Assembly: GCA_012295275.1 (NCBI GenBank) | Contig: CM022670.1 | Coordinates: forward strand, 6,014,001-6,078,000 | DNA length: 64,000 bases | Reading direction: 5' to 3' | Source: Chrysomallon squamiferum | Taxonomy: Eukaryota > Animalia > Mollusca | Shown: one piece after another, positions 15,162 to 26,500 of the stretch | Layout of the letters: every line of letters begins with the position of its first letter | How positions within the stretch are numbered: position 1 is the stretch's first letter | Notes under the pieces: generated by a model | What the model was told of the DNA's origin: nothing | The model's input: only the letters and a program-made list of their open reading frames with translations | Database searches by the model: none | Program-made: the position numbers and the translations under genes

Positions 15162-16950
15162 AATTACTATTATTATTATTATTACCATTACCATGATTGT
15201 TCATTTCAGGTCCAGTTGGTCAGTATATGTCCACTGGGTCAGAGGATGTCAGTGGTCGAAGTTTGATACAGAAAACTGGAGATGTTCTACTGGGAACATC
15301 CACAGTTCTTCTCACCAGACTGCTTACACACAGAACTGGTTAGTACTTTTCCTGTTCTAGCCTGTGCTATTGAATTGGCTATTTATTAATGTTTCCATTA
15401 TTGTCTAGATCAAATTATTACTGACACAAGACTACAACTTCTGTTTATTTCAGACATCAGTTTCTTTTTGACAGAAAGAAATCACTTTGTTTTTTATTTT
15501 TTTCTTCAATGTCACAGTTTTTGAGTTTGTGAATTTTGAAACATGTAGACTAACATGTAGATTGTGTGTGTCAGGTATTGTTGGCTGGTTTCCATTAAAA
15601 CTGCCTCCACTTGGCTGGGAGAGATCACACACAGAAAACAGTGTTACAGTGGATGATGACCCAGGGGACAGGGGGTTGGATCGTGTAGGTGGGGGACTGG
15701 AACTGTCCCTGAGATTTGCTCATCTAGAGGACAGAGACAGAGTGATCCATGCTGGGAGAAGTGTTGGGTGGTCACCTGGTGACCTTGACATTGAGGAGAG
15801 TGGGTGGCAGGAGACTGGTATGTTACTTATTATTTGTTTATTTCTTATTTAAAATAATTACTTTACTTTGTTTTTACATAAGTGTTTTAGTTTTAAATAA
15901 AATCTCATTATGGTATTTATTTTAAGTACTTTTCATATTTGTTAATCAAATGTCATTCATTTTTATATAATTATTTTCTTCTACAGAGCTTACTATTTGT
16001 ATATATAGATGTTAGATTTTCTTTCCATTGTTAAACTGATTCCTTATTTTAAACTGGTTATACATGGATAAATTGTGCAACAAGATAAATTCCACAATGA
16101 CATAATTAACCTGTGTACAAAACTTTTGTTATCTTTTTTCTTAAATTATTTACTGATTAGAAAAATAAAATCTGTAATTAACTTAATTATAAAAAGATTT
16201 ATAAATTATTGTTGTTTTATTGTAAAACTGGTGAGATGAACAGGCTGTATGTTTTGTTTGTAGATGAGTTGAGAGAGGAAAGTCAACAAGTGACTGTTGG
16301 TGTGGACAGAGTCTGCTTCCCACTGCACAACTCAGTTCGTGTTGGTCAGTCCTCTCTGGACAAGACTGCCCGCTGCTACGTCCGGTACAAGTTCTATGAT
16401 AAGACTGCAGTCATCTCTAAGTCAAGACGTCTCCGTCCCAATGATGCCAACTACGTGGTCACTGGCATGAAACATAAACACAAAACTGTGGTACAGACAA
16501 CATCGCCATATCTGTGGTGAGTGAAATAACATCAAGTAGTAACTACTGAGTGTAAACTTGTATTATCATCAGCTCTTACTGCTGATATTTTAAAAATAAT
16601 TTTATAAAAATATTTGTTTCCTTTCATTGGAGATGTGTAATGTTTCTATATAGTATAAGTTTGTTTATATCTTTCTTGCATACATTTAGTATGAAATTTT
16701 GTTCTAGTAACGGGGATATAAAGGACTCACGTGTTAGCAGTAATGTAAATTATCTAACAGAAGGATAGTGATTCAGTGAACTGTGTTTGTGTATATAATA
16801 AAGTATAGATTTTAGAAATATATGTTATATTTAAAGTATTTATGGAAAGAAAGACTCAAAGTGTGTGTGTGTCTGTGCTGTGTTGTATTCTGATTAAAAA
16901 GATATATATGTAATAATAAGGTATCTGATAGAGGAAAGTCTTGAATTATT

Positions 16951-16998
<48 letters not shown>

Positions 16999-18180
16999 TG
17001 TTGCATTCTGTTTAAAGAAATGTATATGTAATATTAAGGTATCTGAGAGAGGAGAGACTGGAAGTACAGGTGTGGGTTAGCTATGGGTCACATAAAGAGC
17101 AGAGAAGCAGACACAGAGACAAACTGATTGGCTCAGCCTTTATAGACCTCGACAGTTTATGTGACAACAACAAACATCCACAGAGAATCAGGTAACAGCA
17201 CTGTCAGCTGTTTATCTTATATACATATTTACTGTGATATATTAAAATAAGTACATTTCTGTAGGGGTATATTAAAACTGATATTTTTATAATGATATAT
17301 TAAAACAGATATATTTTTGTAGTGTTATGTTAAAATAGATATATTTTTGTGGTGGTATATTAAAACAGATATATTTTTGTAGTGTTATGTTAAAATAGAT
17401 ATATTTTTGTGGTGGTATGTTAAAACAGATATATTTTTTGTAGTGGTATATTTCCCCTGTTCAAGCCAGGTGTGGCCAGTTTGGGTGGTGGTTATATTCG
17501 AGCTCATGTCACAGCAGAAACTCTGAACCCACACAGAGATACAGTAAGAGATTGTTTTTACTTTCTTACAGTTAGCTGTACAGCTTTGTTATTTCTCACA
17601 GAATTAAAAAAGTTGAATGAAATAACAGACACTGATATGATTAACATTAAAACAAAAAACATCTTTTCATTTTTATTTTTAGTTCTGTAATATTTTAATC
17701 AGTCAGTAAGACTTGATTAATAAAATGAAGTAAAATACAGTAAAATAAATAAAACCCTGAAGATACTAAGCCTCAGTTTTTCCTGTAGAATACACACATG
17801 TTTGTTAGTACATAACTGTTTTGTTTGTACCTGTATAGATGTCAGACAGTGAGGTACTGCTGGCCAGTGAGGTGTCCAGGTCCAGTTTTGAAGTGGACAG
17901 TGAGTGTGAAACTGATGACAGTTTCCACAGACTTGGTGCCAGGACAAAACAGTCTCCACACAAAAAACAAGCAAAACCAGAACCGGAAGCTGATCTCGGA
18001 CCAAGTTTCCATGCTCACATTCACATAGACAGAGCAATGCATCTTCCTTATGTGACTGACAACAACAGGTCTGAAAACAGTGTAGTTTATATTTATTAAT
18101 ATTTCTTTACCTTCAACATTTATTTCTGGTCATTTCTCCCCTTGTTTATTTTTATATTTGTATATTAAATAGGTAGTGTT

Positions 18181-18222
<42 letters not shown>

Positions 18223-21200
18223 TGTCTGTGTCTGTCTATGTAAATGTGTAGTGAGGGAAAGAGAAAGAGAGAGTGTTTAGGTCTATTTATTTGTGTTTTA
18301 AAGTTTGTAGACCACTAACATTAATTTAACAGAGCAGTGAACTCTTAAACTAAAAATTATTAGTTATGTTAATTCATTAAGTTGTGTTTATTAAGGTCTG
18401 GAGAATTTTGTCCTACAACATATGTGACATTCCAGTCGGCAGAATCTCCGTCTCTGATATACACTTCAGTGATTCCAAACTCTGTGTCACCTGTATGGGA
18501 CTATCAGACAGACACACGCTTAAGTACAGAACTACTTCATACTGATGGCAAGGTATGTAAAACTGTTATCTATATAACTACTTCATACTGACAACAAGGT
18601 ATGTAAAACTGTTATCTATATAACTACTTCATACTGACAACAAAGTATGTAAAACTGTTATCTATATAACTACTTCATACTGATGACAAGGTATGTAAAA
18701 CTGTTATCTATGTAACTATTTCATTCTGACAACAACGTATGTAAAACTGTTATTTGTATAACTATCAATGTTTGCTGAGTATGTATTATACATCAATACC
18801 ATCACTAGAACAAACAAACAAAAAAAAAAAGCATTCAGATTTATTTTTTCAGCTACCTACAACCTAAATGTTTTTTTTATACTTTTTGATTATTTTCAGA
18901 ATTTGGTGTTCAAAGTTTGGCACAAGCCTACAGATGCTGGTAAGAATCCAGGTAAATATCTCTGAAAAAATAAAATTAATAAATCTTTTTTAAGACTATG
19001 TTATTGTATTTAGCAAAGATTTGAATAGAGCCTGTGTCAATTGTTGTAATTTATGACATTAATTTTGAAGCTTCTCATAAAATAATTTTTTTTTTGTTAT
19101 AATTTTTATAATTGAGGTCAAACTTGTGTAGTTGTATTTGTAATAAATAAAATGTGACATATTTCAGATAAGTCTTGTGATAGAGTTCTAGGTTTTGTAT
19201 CAGTTGACTTATCTCCCCTGACATCTGGCCTGCAGAGTATCTGTGGCTGGTACAACATCGTTGACTTCAACGGCCAGTGTAAAGGACAGATCAAAGTGAG
19301 TTTCTATATTGCCTAACATCTTCAGTTGTAAATAATTGTTTAATTTAGTAACCACATTCTGTTATATCACTAGTCCATTCTAAAAATAGATGTGTGTTGT
19401 TATTGAAGTTGTGTATAAATAGAAATAATAATAAGTTAGTAATTAAGTAATGTCCTTCTATACACAGATGCATCCATCCACAAATCCATACATTAATATA
19501 TTTTAATATATACAAACATAGTTTTTTCTAGGTAACTTACATATCAGAGTATGTATTTATTGTTAATAGGTCATTACTAAACTGTAGTGTATGAGCAGTG
19601 TAAATAAGATGATTTAATTTACAAAATAATTGTTTCAGGTAAACATTGTTCCACAGGAAACTCTGAGTTCAGCAACAGCTGGGCTTCCAGCAGAACAGGT
19701 AACTTCATTTAAAACACTCAAACACATCTATCAAGTTTTATTTAATGTTTTGTATACCAAAATTCCAAAATTTAATACAATTTAAATTGTTTAATGTGAA
19801 TGAAAATATATATATACTTAAATTAAAACCTTATTAAAACCTTAAATTAAAACAAATTGAATTGTTCAGGTTGCTCATATCCAGGCAGACGTCTTAACAA
19901 ATTTTTTTATAAAACTGTTCTGTATCGAAGACTTACTTGAGATTGTATTTATAAATTTTATATACTGTGTTTTGTTATTCTCTAACAATAAAAAGTTATT
20001 ATTAAACATCATTAAAACAAAATGCTGCAAATATATATATAAAAAAATTGTGTTGTGTTGGTGAAACCAGTTAAATTTTTATGTAATCTTTTTAATATTT
20101 TATAAATATTTTTCTATGTGACTGTCATATTTTTTTGCTTTTTTGAAGTCATTTCCTACACGAATGGCAAGCCTCCACACACCCACCTCATTCATCTCAC
20201 CTTTCCCACCACGCGTCTCCACCCTGAATCCAGTCCACCAGCAACCAACATCAGCACCCCAAAACACCTCTCACAACATCAACAGACACGATGATGTAAC
20301 GAGACACTGGCAACCAACATTTCCATCTTTTCCTTCAGATGATTCTTCTTCAAAATCCTACCTCTTTTCTTCTCTCAGGTAATTTCCTCTTTTACTTCAT
20401 TCTTAATACAGTCACACAATATTATATACTTCTGTGTTAATCTTTAATTTTGTAACATTTTTTTTTTTTTTTACTGTAAAATATTGTTTGTTAATGGATG
20501 CAAAATAAAATAGATTTTTGAACTCTTAAAAATAAAATTTATCTATATATATATATCTTGATTTATGGAAAATTTGAAATATTTAATGATAGCTCTGTAC
20601 ATTATGTCATTGGATACTAAGTGTCAGCATACAGTTTTTTTACAAAGATAATACGAGAGAATAAACTGTTGTCTGTGTTTTAGGAAAAACCTTGAAGATT
20701 TGGACATTCTCACGCAGAACTTGAAAAAGAAGTTGACAACGTCAGACACAACAGCATCCACACAACAGCGCTGCAGCCAGGAGTCAGAACATGCTGTAGC
20801 CAGTGTGTCGCAGTCTCAGGGAGAATCCACCAGGACAGGGGGTGACTCTGGAGCATTCTCTGGGGAGAATTCCTATGACAGAATACATGAAAGTACCGAA
20901 GCTCAGGATAGTAGCAGAAGTGGTTGTCATAGCTACAGAAGTGTTGAGCAGCATGTCAGTGGGAGTGAGCAGCTCACAGGAGCTGAGACTCACAGAAGTG
21001 ATGACCTGTCTAGAGAAGAGAAAAGTAACCTGTCACCTGATTCAGGTTATCGCAACGGGAATTTCAGTATGAGCACGCCAAGAGAGCTGCAGATGAATGC
21101 TGCCACCAACGCAGCTGGAGGTCAGGACTTCACCAACACCCTGAGCACGTTGGAAGACATCTCAGGCAACACTGGCCATGACAGCCTTAAAACACCAAGA

Positions 21201-21330
21201 GACTTCCTTGTTAACCATGAACTTAGCCAGGGCTTTATTCCTGGACAGATGGACAGAGACAATGGACAACAGACAGGTCATCAGACAATTGTCCAAGATA
21301 TGGCAGTGCCTGAAGAAGAACAGAATAATT

Positions 21331-21401
<71 letters not shown>

Positions 21402-22809
21402 GAAGAAGAAGAGAAATATGGTAGCTATCGCAGATATGAAGATTTGTTGAGTAATGATGACATGGAAGGACATGATGTTGATGTTGATGCTGATGATGAA
21501 TCTGAGGATGTTCACTTTATTAAACCGAGGACATTGAACAGCATGTCAGCAATGTTGACCAATGATGATGTTGTTGTTGACGAGTTAGTGGACATTGAAG
21601 ATGACTGGGACGAGCGTGGGAATGACAGAAGAACAAAATCAGACAAGTCGAAGAGTTGGACAAAACATGGGAGAGACAGTGAGACAGAAACAGACGATGA
21701 GACAAAATCAGAAGAGATAGAACATAGAATGGTGGAACAGAGAACAGGAGAAGCAAGAACAGTGGTTGACAGTTGGCTATCAGAAAACAGTGACACCATA
21801 AAGAAGATAGAAGACAGAGAGGAAACAAAACAATGTCTGCTGTCAAATGTAGAACTGATAGACACACTGACCTCCACTCTCAGCAACTCACAGGACAGAA
21901 ACAAGAGTTCAGACAACAGAGAGAGGTGTGAGGAACAGGTGTGGAGTTCTGGAGCTAGAGAACAAATCAAAGTGGACTGTTCTCACACAGAAGGGAAGAT
22001 GGAGGGCTGTAAAGAAACAGGGCACTGGACAAAAGTGTCAGAAACTGATTTGATTTCTCCAGGCAGCAGTGCACACAGTGGTCCTCACTCAGTGAACTAC
22101 GTGACACACACAGACAGAGTGACGGAGGACAGTGGAGTGGAGAGTGGTACAAAATCATCACAAGATGACAGAGATGTTTCTTACACATCAGACCTTCTTC
22201 AGCACACCAGACAAGTGACAAAACTTCCAGACTTCTTCATGCCTGCTGAAAACATGCACGCCTGTATGAGAGCTCTACAAGTGGCCATAACTCTCCCTGA
22301 CTGCCACACACAGACAGAGGTAAGTAAATCTTCCTGTCTCAGTAGTTTCTTTATAAAACTTTTCTCTTTATTTCCATTACTGAACACTTTCTTTTTGTTA
22401 GTGCTGTGAAATATAAACAAAACATTCATGAGATCAGCAAGCAGAAACACTGATTATTTCATAGTGTATTAACATTTCATTTAAATGTTTGTTCTCTACA
22501 ATGAGATGATACACTGAAAGTAATAATGGCAATTAACTAAAGTGTAAGTAATAACAGATTTTTGGTATTTTATATGTCTGTGTGTCTGTATGTACAAGGG
22601 AAACAGAGATGGACATTATAAAATCTGTTTGTTTGTGTTTTCAGAACAGCAGATCTTCAAGCAAATCCAAGGCAGCATCAGAACTGAAAGAAAAGGTTAC
22701 CATGGAAACCAGGTCAAAGTTTGCTGCAATTTCTGCAAAGAACCGTCCACTCCCAACAGCAGAGGAAGCAAAAAGAATTGCTAAAATATTTTCTGCCAAA
22801 CTGTCTTGA
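886..22809 (+). CDS. C2CD3: C2 domain-containing protein 3 (distal centriole/ciliogenesis protein), multi-exon, 5'-partial
   Basis: 44 GT-AG exons join in phase (~2,680 aa): 886-1069, 1328-1534, 1813-1889, 2292-2452, 2802-3039, 3373-3583, 3848-3986, 4191-4322, 4678-4770, 5003-5294, 5416-5614, 5924-6039, 6600-6718, 6932-7093, 7226-7631, 8447-8619, 8994-9126, 9334-9458, 9807-9908, 10220-10306, 10507-10611, 10854-10930, 11240-11286, 11640-11774, 12236-12364, 12678-12772, 12874-13008, 13273-13329, 13600-13689, 14264-14368, 14720-14900, 15210-15338, 15575-15817, 16264-16516, 17039-17191, 17444-17543, 17839-18068, 18396-18552, 18900-18951, 19168-19295, 19639-19698, 20149-20378, 20684-22319, 22645-22809 (TGA). 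Recognised C2CD3-like segments: [131 protein letters not shown], and terminal [11 protein letters not shown]. The first visible exon starts in phase 1, so the ATG lies upstream of the window. Confidence 0.93.
7418..7530 (+). repeat. Coding 33-bp tandem repeat in C2CD3 (FTQTAGQxNPG, ~3.4 copies)
   Basis: tttacacaaactgcaggtcaa(t/c)caaatccaggt is repeated in frame. Confidence 0.9.
11757..11903 (+). repeat. 69-bp tandem duplication spanning a C2CD3 donor site
   Basis: agaaccaagtcaaacatg|gtgagt occurs at 11757 and 11826, with a partial third copy at 11895. Confidence 0.95.
12530..12632. repeat. (ATT)/(ATTATC)n microsatellite
   Basis: Seen directly. Confidence 0.95.
13668..14005 (+). repeat. ~82-bp degenerate tandem repeat spanning a C2CD3 donor site
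   Basis: catcagagcttcaggtctaaag|gtattta-like units at ~13668, 13750, 13787, 13869 and 13952. Confidence 0.92.
15074..15195. repeat. (ATT)n microsatellite
   Basis: Seen directly. Confidence 0.95.
16860..17075 (+). repeat. 118-bp duplication spanning a C2CD3 acceptor, with embedded (GT)n
   Basis: tatatgtaataataag|gtatctgatagaggaaagtcttgaa at 16921 versus the authentic tatatgtaatattaag|gtatctgagagaggagagactggaa at 17039. Confidence 0.88.
17225..17452 (+). repeat. 30-bp minisatellite filling most of an intron and supplying its acceptor
   Basis: Unit gtggtatattaaaacagatatatttttgta, ~7 copies. The last copy gives tttttgtag|TGGTATATT at 17443/17444. Confidence 0.93.
18530..18765 (+). repeat. 46-bp minisatellite (5 copies) spanning a C2CD3 donor site
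   Basis: Unit aactacttcatactga..caag|gtatgtaaaactgttatctatat, with GTATGT at 18553, 18599, 18645, 18691 and 18737. Confidence 0.97.
20684..22319 (+). CDS. C2CD3: Large penultimate C2CD3 exon: low-complexity acidic/Ser-rich region ending in LPDFFMP motif
   Basis: Matches ORF 20700..22409. Acceptor is ttttag|GAAAAAC and donor is GAG|gtaagt. It is in phase with both flanking exons. Confidence 0.88.
21333..21413 (+). repeat. Coding (GAT)22 microsatellite followed by GAA/GAG codons (poly-Asp/Glu)
   Basis: In frame within the C2CD3 large exon: D22 then E5. Confidence 0.97.
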
Positions 22810-23351
22810 TGTTGACATTGATGTTGATGTTGATTTTGATGAGTAGTTGATAACTAAGTTGAGAATGCTGACAGAGATGAAGAGTTCACAGAACAGTTTT
22901 ACAACAACAGTGATAAAAATCAGCCTGTTTGAGATCAACTTGTGAAATTATTTAGATATGGAATATTTTAATATTTTTTCTTTATGATACAAACAGCCAT
23001 TTACAAGTGAAATTATCCCAGAACTAGACATACTGATGTCAGCTGTTATTATTCATCAAACATTTTAAGGGTTTTTGAATATAAAAAAAAAAAAACTTAA
23101 CTTATAATAATAAAGTGGTTCTTTTTACAAATTTTAATCTTTAAAAGATCAACCACGCAGAAAACAGGGGTGTTTTAGATGTGTTTTACATAAGTTAATA
23201 AAGGAGGGTGTTTCTATGGTAACAATATATGAATGTTTGTAAAGTTACCAACCACAGGTTCACAGGTTCAATTCCTCAAACAGGCAGCAGTTTTTTTTTT
23301 TAACCATTTGTCTTCCATGAGAAGATTTCTGACTGTATGAGGCTTGTTTAA

Positions 23352-23556
23352 CCCTTTTAGTGCTGACTGTATTCAGCTAATACACACAACACTGTGATGA
23401 ATCATCAGAACTGATAACTTACTCTGTGTATCCTTACCTAAGATAGATTCATTCATATCTATCTAGCCAGTAGTTAAGACAGTTACATAAGAGACAAAAT
23501 GACATCCATTTAGTGATTTGGCTTGTCGTGTATCAGAAACAGTAGTGCTAAGAGGG
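23352..23556. mobile_element. Degenerate piggyBac-like MITE
   Basis: Left end is TTAA|CCCTTTTAGTGCTGACTG. The right end reverse complement is CCCTCTTAGCACT-ACTG, flanked by TATA. CCCT termini with a TTAA target are piggyBac hallmarks. Confidence 0.5.
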
Positions 23557-26500
23557 TATAAAATCACAGGCAAATTTCAGTATCTTGTTTTTTTTTTTAC
23601 ATACAAAGTCTTGGATAAAGTTTGAGGTAAAAACTGTGGATATTTGTAAAATATCTTTGTAAATATTAAATAGTAATTTATAGTGGCATTAGTTTTGTGT
23701 ACATTACAATAAACAACAAACAGAATAGATATTGAGATAAAATAAAGAAAATTTATTTTTTATAACGATTATTAGTAGATAAATGAGCAGAACATGATGA
23801 TTTTAAGTGTTGTAGTGTACATTGAATCATACAAATCAAATTCATTGTATTTCATCATTGCAAGCCTTAATCAGTTAATGTTGATTTTTTGTACGGAGCA
23901 TAGTTCATAGAGCAAAACATGAACAGAGAAAACATTTTATTGTAATATACATCTCTATAATGATTAAATGATTAACTGTACTTCATTAACATCCCCCTTT
24001 TACTCGCTGATATTAATTGTAAGATGATTATTAGTTTTTTAATATTATTAATAAGAGTAAATCTATCGATATTATTGACAGTTTCATTAAATACTGACCG
24101 TCTGAACCTCAGATACAAATTATTCGTAGAAAACAGTACATACTAGATACCAATAGGTAAGATACATTAAATTAGGAGCACTGTTTCTCCAATTATAAAC
24201 TGCTTGTTTATATATGGATTAACTTTATAAAGCTGCTAGATTTTGAACCAGTTAACTAGATGTGCTTTATTCAGATTATATTTGTTCATTATACGACTGT
24301 TATAAACCTTTATAGCAAAATATGTTTATTGCATTGTAGTAAATAGTTACTAGTTAAATATAATACTCACTACAGTTTGCTTAATTTATTTATTATTTTT
24401 AAACCCATTTTTTTATTTCTTTTAATTTAGCTATGAAATTAATGTTTCTGATTTCAGGCTTGTTCGATTGTAAAATAACTGTAAATTGTGTATTTATTTA
24501 TTTTATATGCATCATTTAACAATATATGCAAATGACATTCAAGATCAGTGGTTAAAACTACTCTTAATTAAACATTGATAATTAAAAACATCATTTCTTA
24601 ACTGGATTGCTCAGAAAATCACAGATTAAATATTAATATCACTGGTCAGTATGCAGGATAGTAGCAGTGTCATTTTTTTATATTCTGTTATTTATACATA
24701 TATATATATATATATATATACATATTTATTTAATATCAATGTTTTTTTCTTACCTCTTTTTAAGAAAATACACTCAGAAACAAATAAAAAGCATCTGATT
24801 ATAATTCTGTTACTGGAATGCAAAATATTTAGAAAATATTTTTAAGTATGTAAATACAGAGAGGTAAAACTGACAGAAATATTTTTGTGTTTTACACTCA
24901 GTTTTTGTTTGTGAGTGTATTTGAGGAGTTAGCTGACAGCTGGTTGCATGGCAACAGTTCATGTTCAGGCTGTCATTAGTCATCACCTGTCACTGTGATA
25001 TAAACTTTGTTTATCCCTTGTGCCTTAGTTAACATGTAGCTCAGCATCATATTTCTTTTTAGTGTTCAATTGCTTTTTATAAATTATTACATTTTTTATT
25101 ATCAGCTTTTGTTTATTTTTCTCGTCATTTATTATATTAATTTTCATACATATTTATATTTTTCAGTACTTAAGAAATGTAATCATATTTGTTATTTATA
25201 TATCTAACATTATAAGTATATCAGTAATTTTTATTTAATTTTTATTTAATTATATTTATCAGAACTGTTTATTCACTACAGTATAAATATTTAAAACGTC
25301 ATAACAACCAATAGAAGTGCTTTAGATATTAAATAGGTACTAGTAAAAACAAAAATACTTTTAGTATAATTATTTATATAGTCACCTTTTCTAGATAATA
25401 GCATTTTTTCATAGCACAATGGTTAGCTGCTAAATAAGGCATTGTATAAAACAGGGTGCATTAATGAGCTGGTCTTACCTTTTTAACTTTTTTCCTTTGT
25501 AAATAAAGTATAAATATGTGGGCATTTCAGTCACTGAAAATTATATTTTAGAAAAACACTGAAATGTAAAAATATCTTTCATTATGCTATTAAGAATAAA
25601 TGACACAACAGTTCTCATATGTTCTTTTTGGAAACATTTGACCATTTTTGTTTCATTCCACTCTGCCTGCTTACAGATTATTTCATGAAACAAAAATATT
25701 TATTTTCTGTATTGTCATAATATCAGTATCACATTTGTTTCTGTAATATTAGCACTGAAAAATTTGCAAAACTTGTTTGCCACATCAAACCATTAAAACA
25801 TTTTAAAAAGTATATTGGAAAAGTTTAGTTTTAAATGAGTTTTATTTTTAAATAAAATCACCAGTGCCTGTCAGTCTATCTTAAAGTGCAAATTTTTTTT
25901 TTTAAATTTGATATTATTTTTTTAATTTATTTTTTATAACAAGGATATTTATAAATGATTGTGTGAATTAAAAACTATTAATTTCAGAAAGTTTTTAATC
26001 ATTCTAGAAAAACATGGCAAACTATAATAGTATATACTCAGGTGGGAAACGTATTTCAGTGTCAGTTGGAAATGTAATCTATAGGTTTAATTATTCAAAA
26101 TATCAGCCTATCCCCTCCACCCACCCCTTTCCCAGCTTCACATCCCTATTAGCACCTTTTATTTTTAAACAGTGGGGACAGGAATACCCAACTGTTTCCA
26201 TGTTAAAACCCGTGCATATTGTATGAAGTTATAAAAAATCTGGGAATTATTTTCAAGTGCCATATTTGACCTTAATGTCTCAGTTTTGCTACTCATACTT
26301 CAGAATGTGTGTAAATGATCAGAAGAAAATAAAGAATTTATTTAGGTTTTTTTCTACATTACAGATCTGTTGAAGTGCTCTTTCTCTGATCTCGCATAAA
26401 GGCAAATTTGTTTTCTTTCAGCTACATTGTGTACACATATTATTTGTATATTTGATACAATAAACAAAGCTCTGTGAAAATGTTTTTTATTGTTGGTACA

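Noticed and set aside
18530-18765. Regularly spaced repeats here and at 33531-33845 and 50822-51513 resembling CRISPR arrays
   Set aside because: There are no unique spacers, units are contiguous, the context is eukaryotic introns, and no cas genes are present.
20784-22450. Multiple antisense and alternative-frame ORFs over the large C2CD3 exon
   Set aside because: They are shadow ORFs of a long low-complexity coding exon, with no independent splice or homology support.
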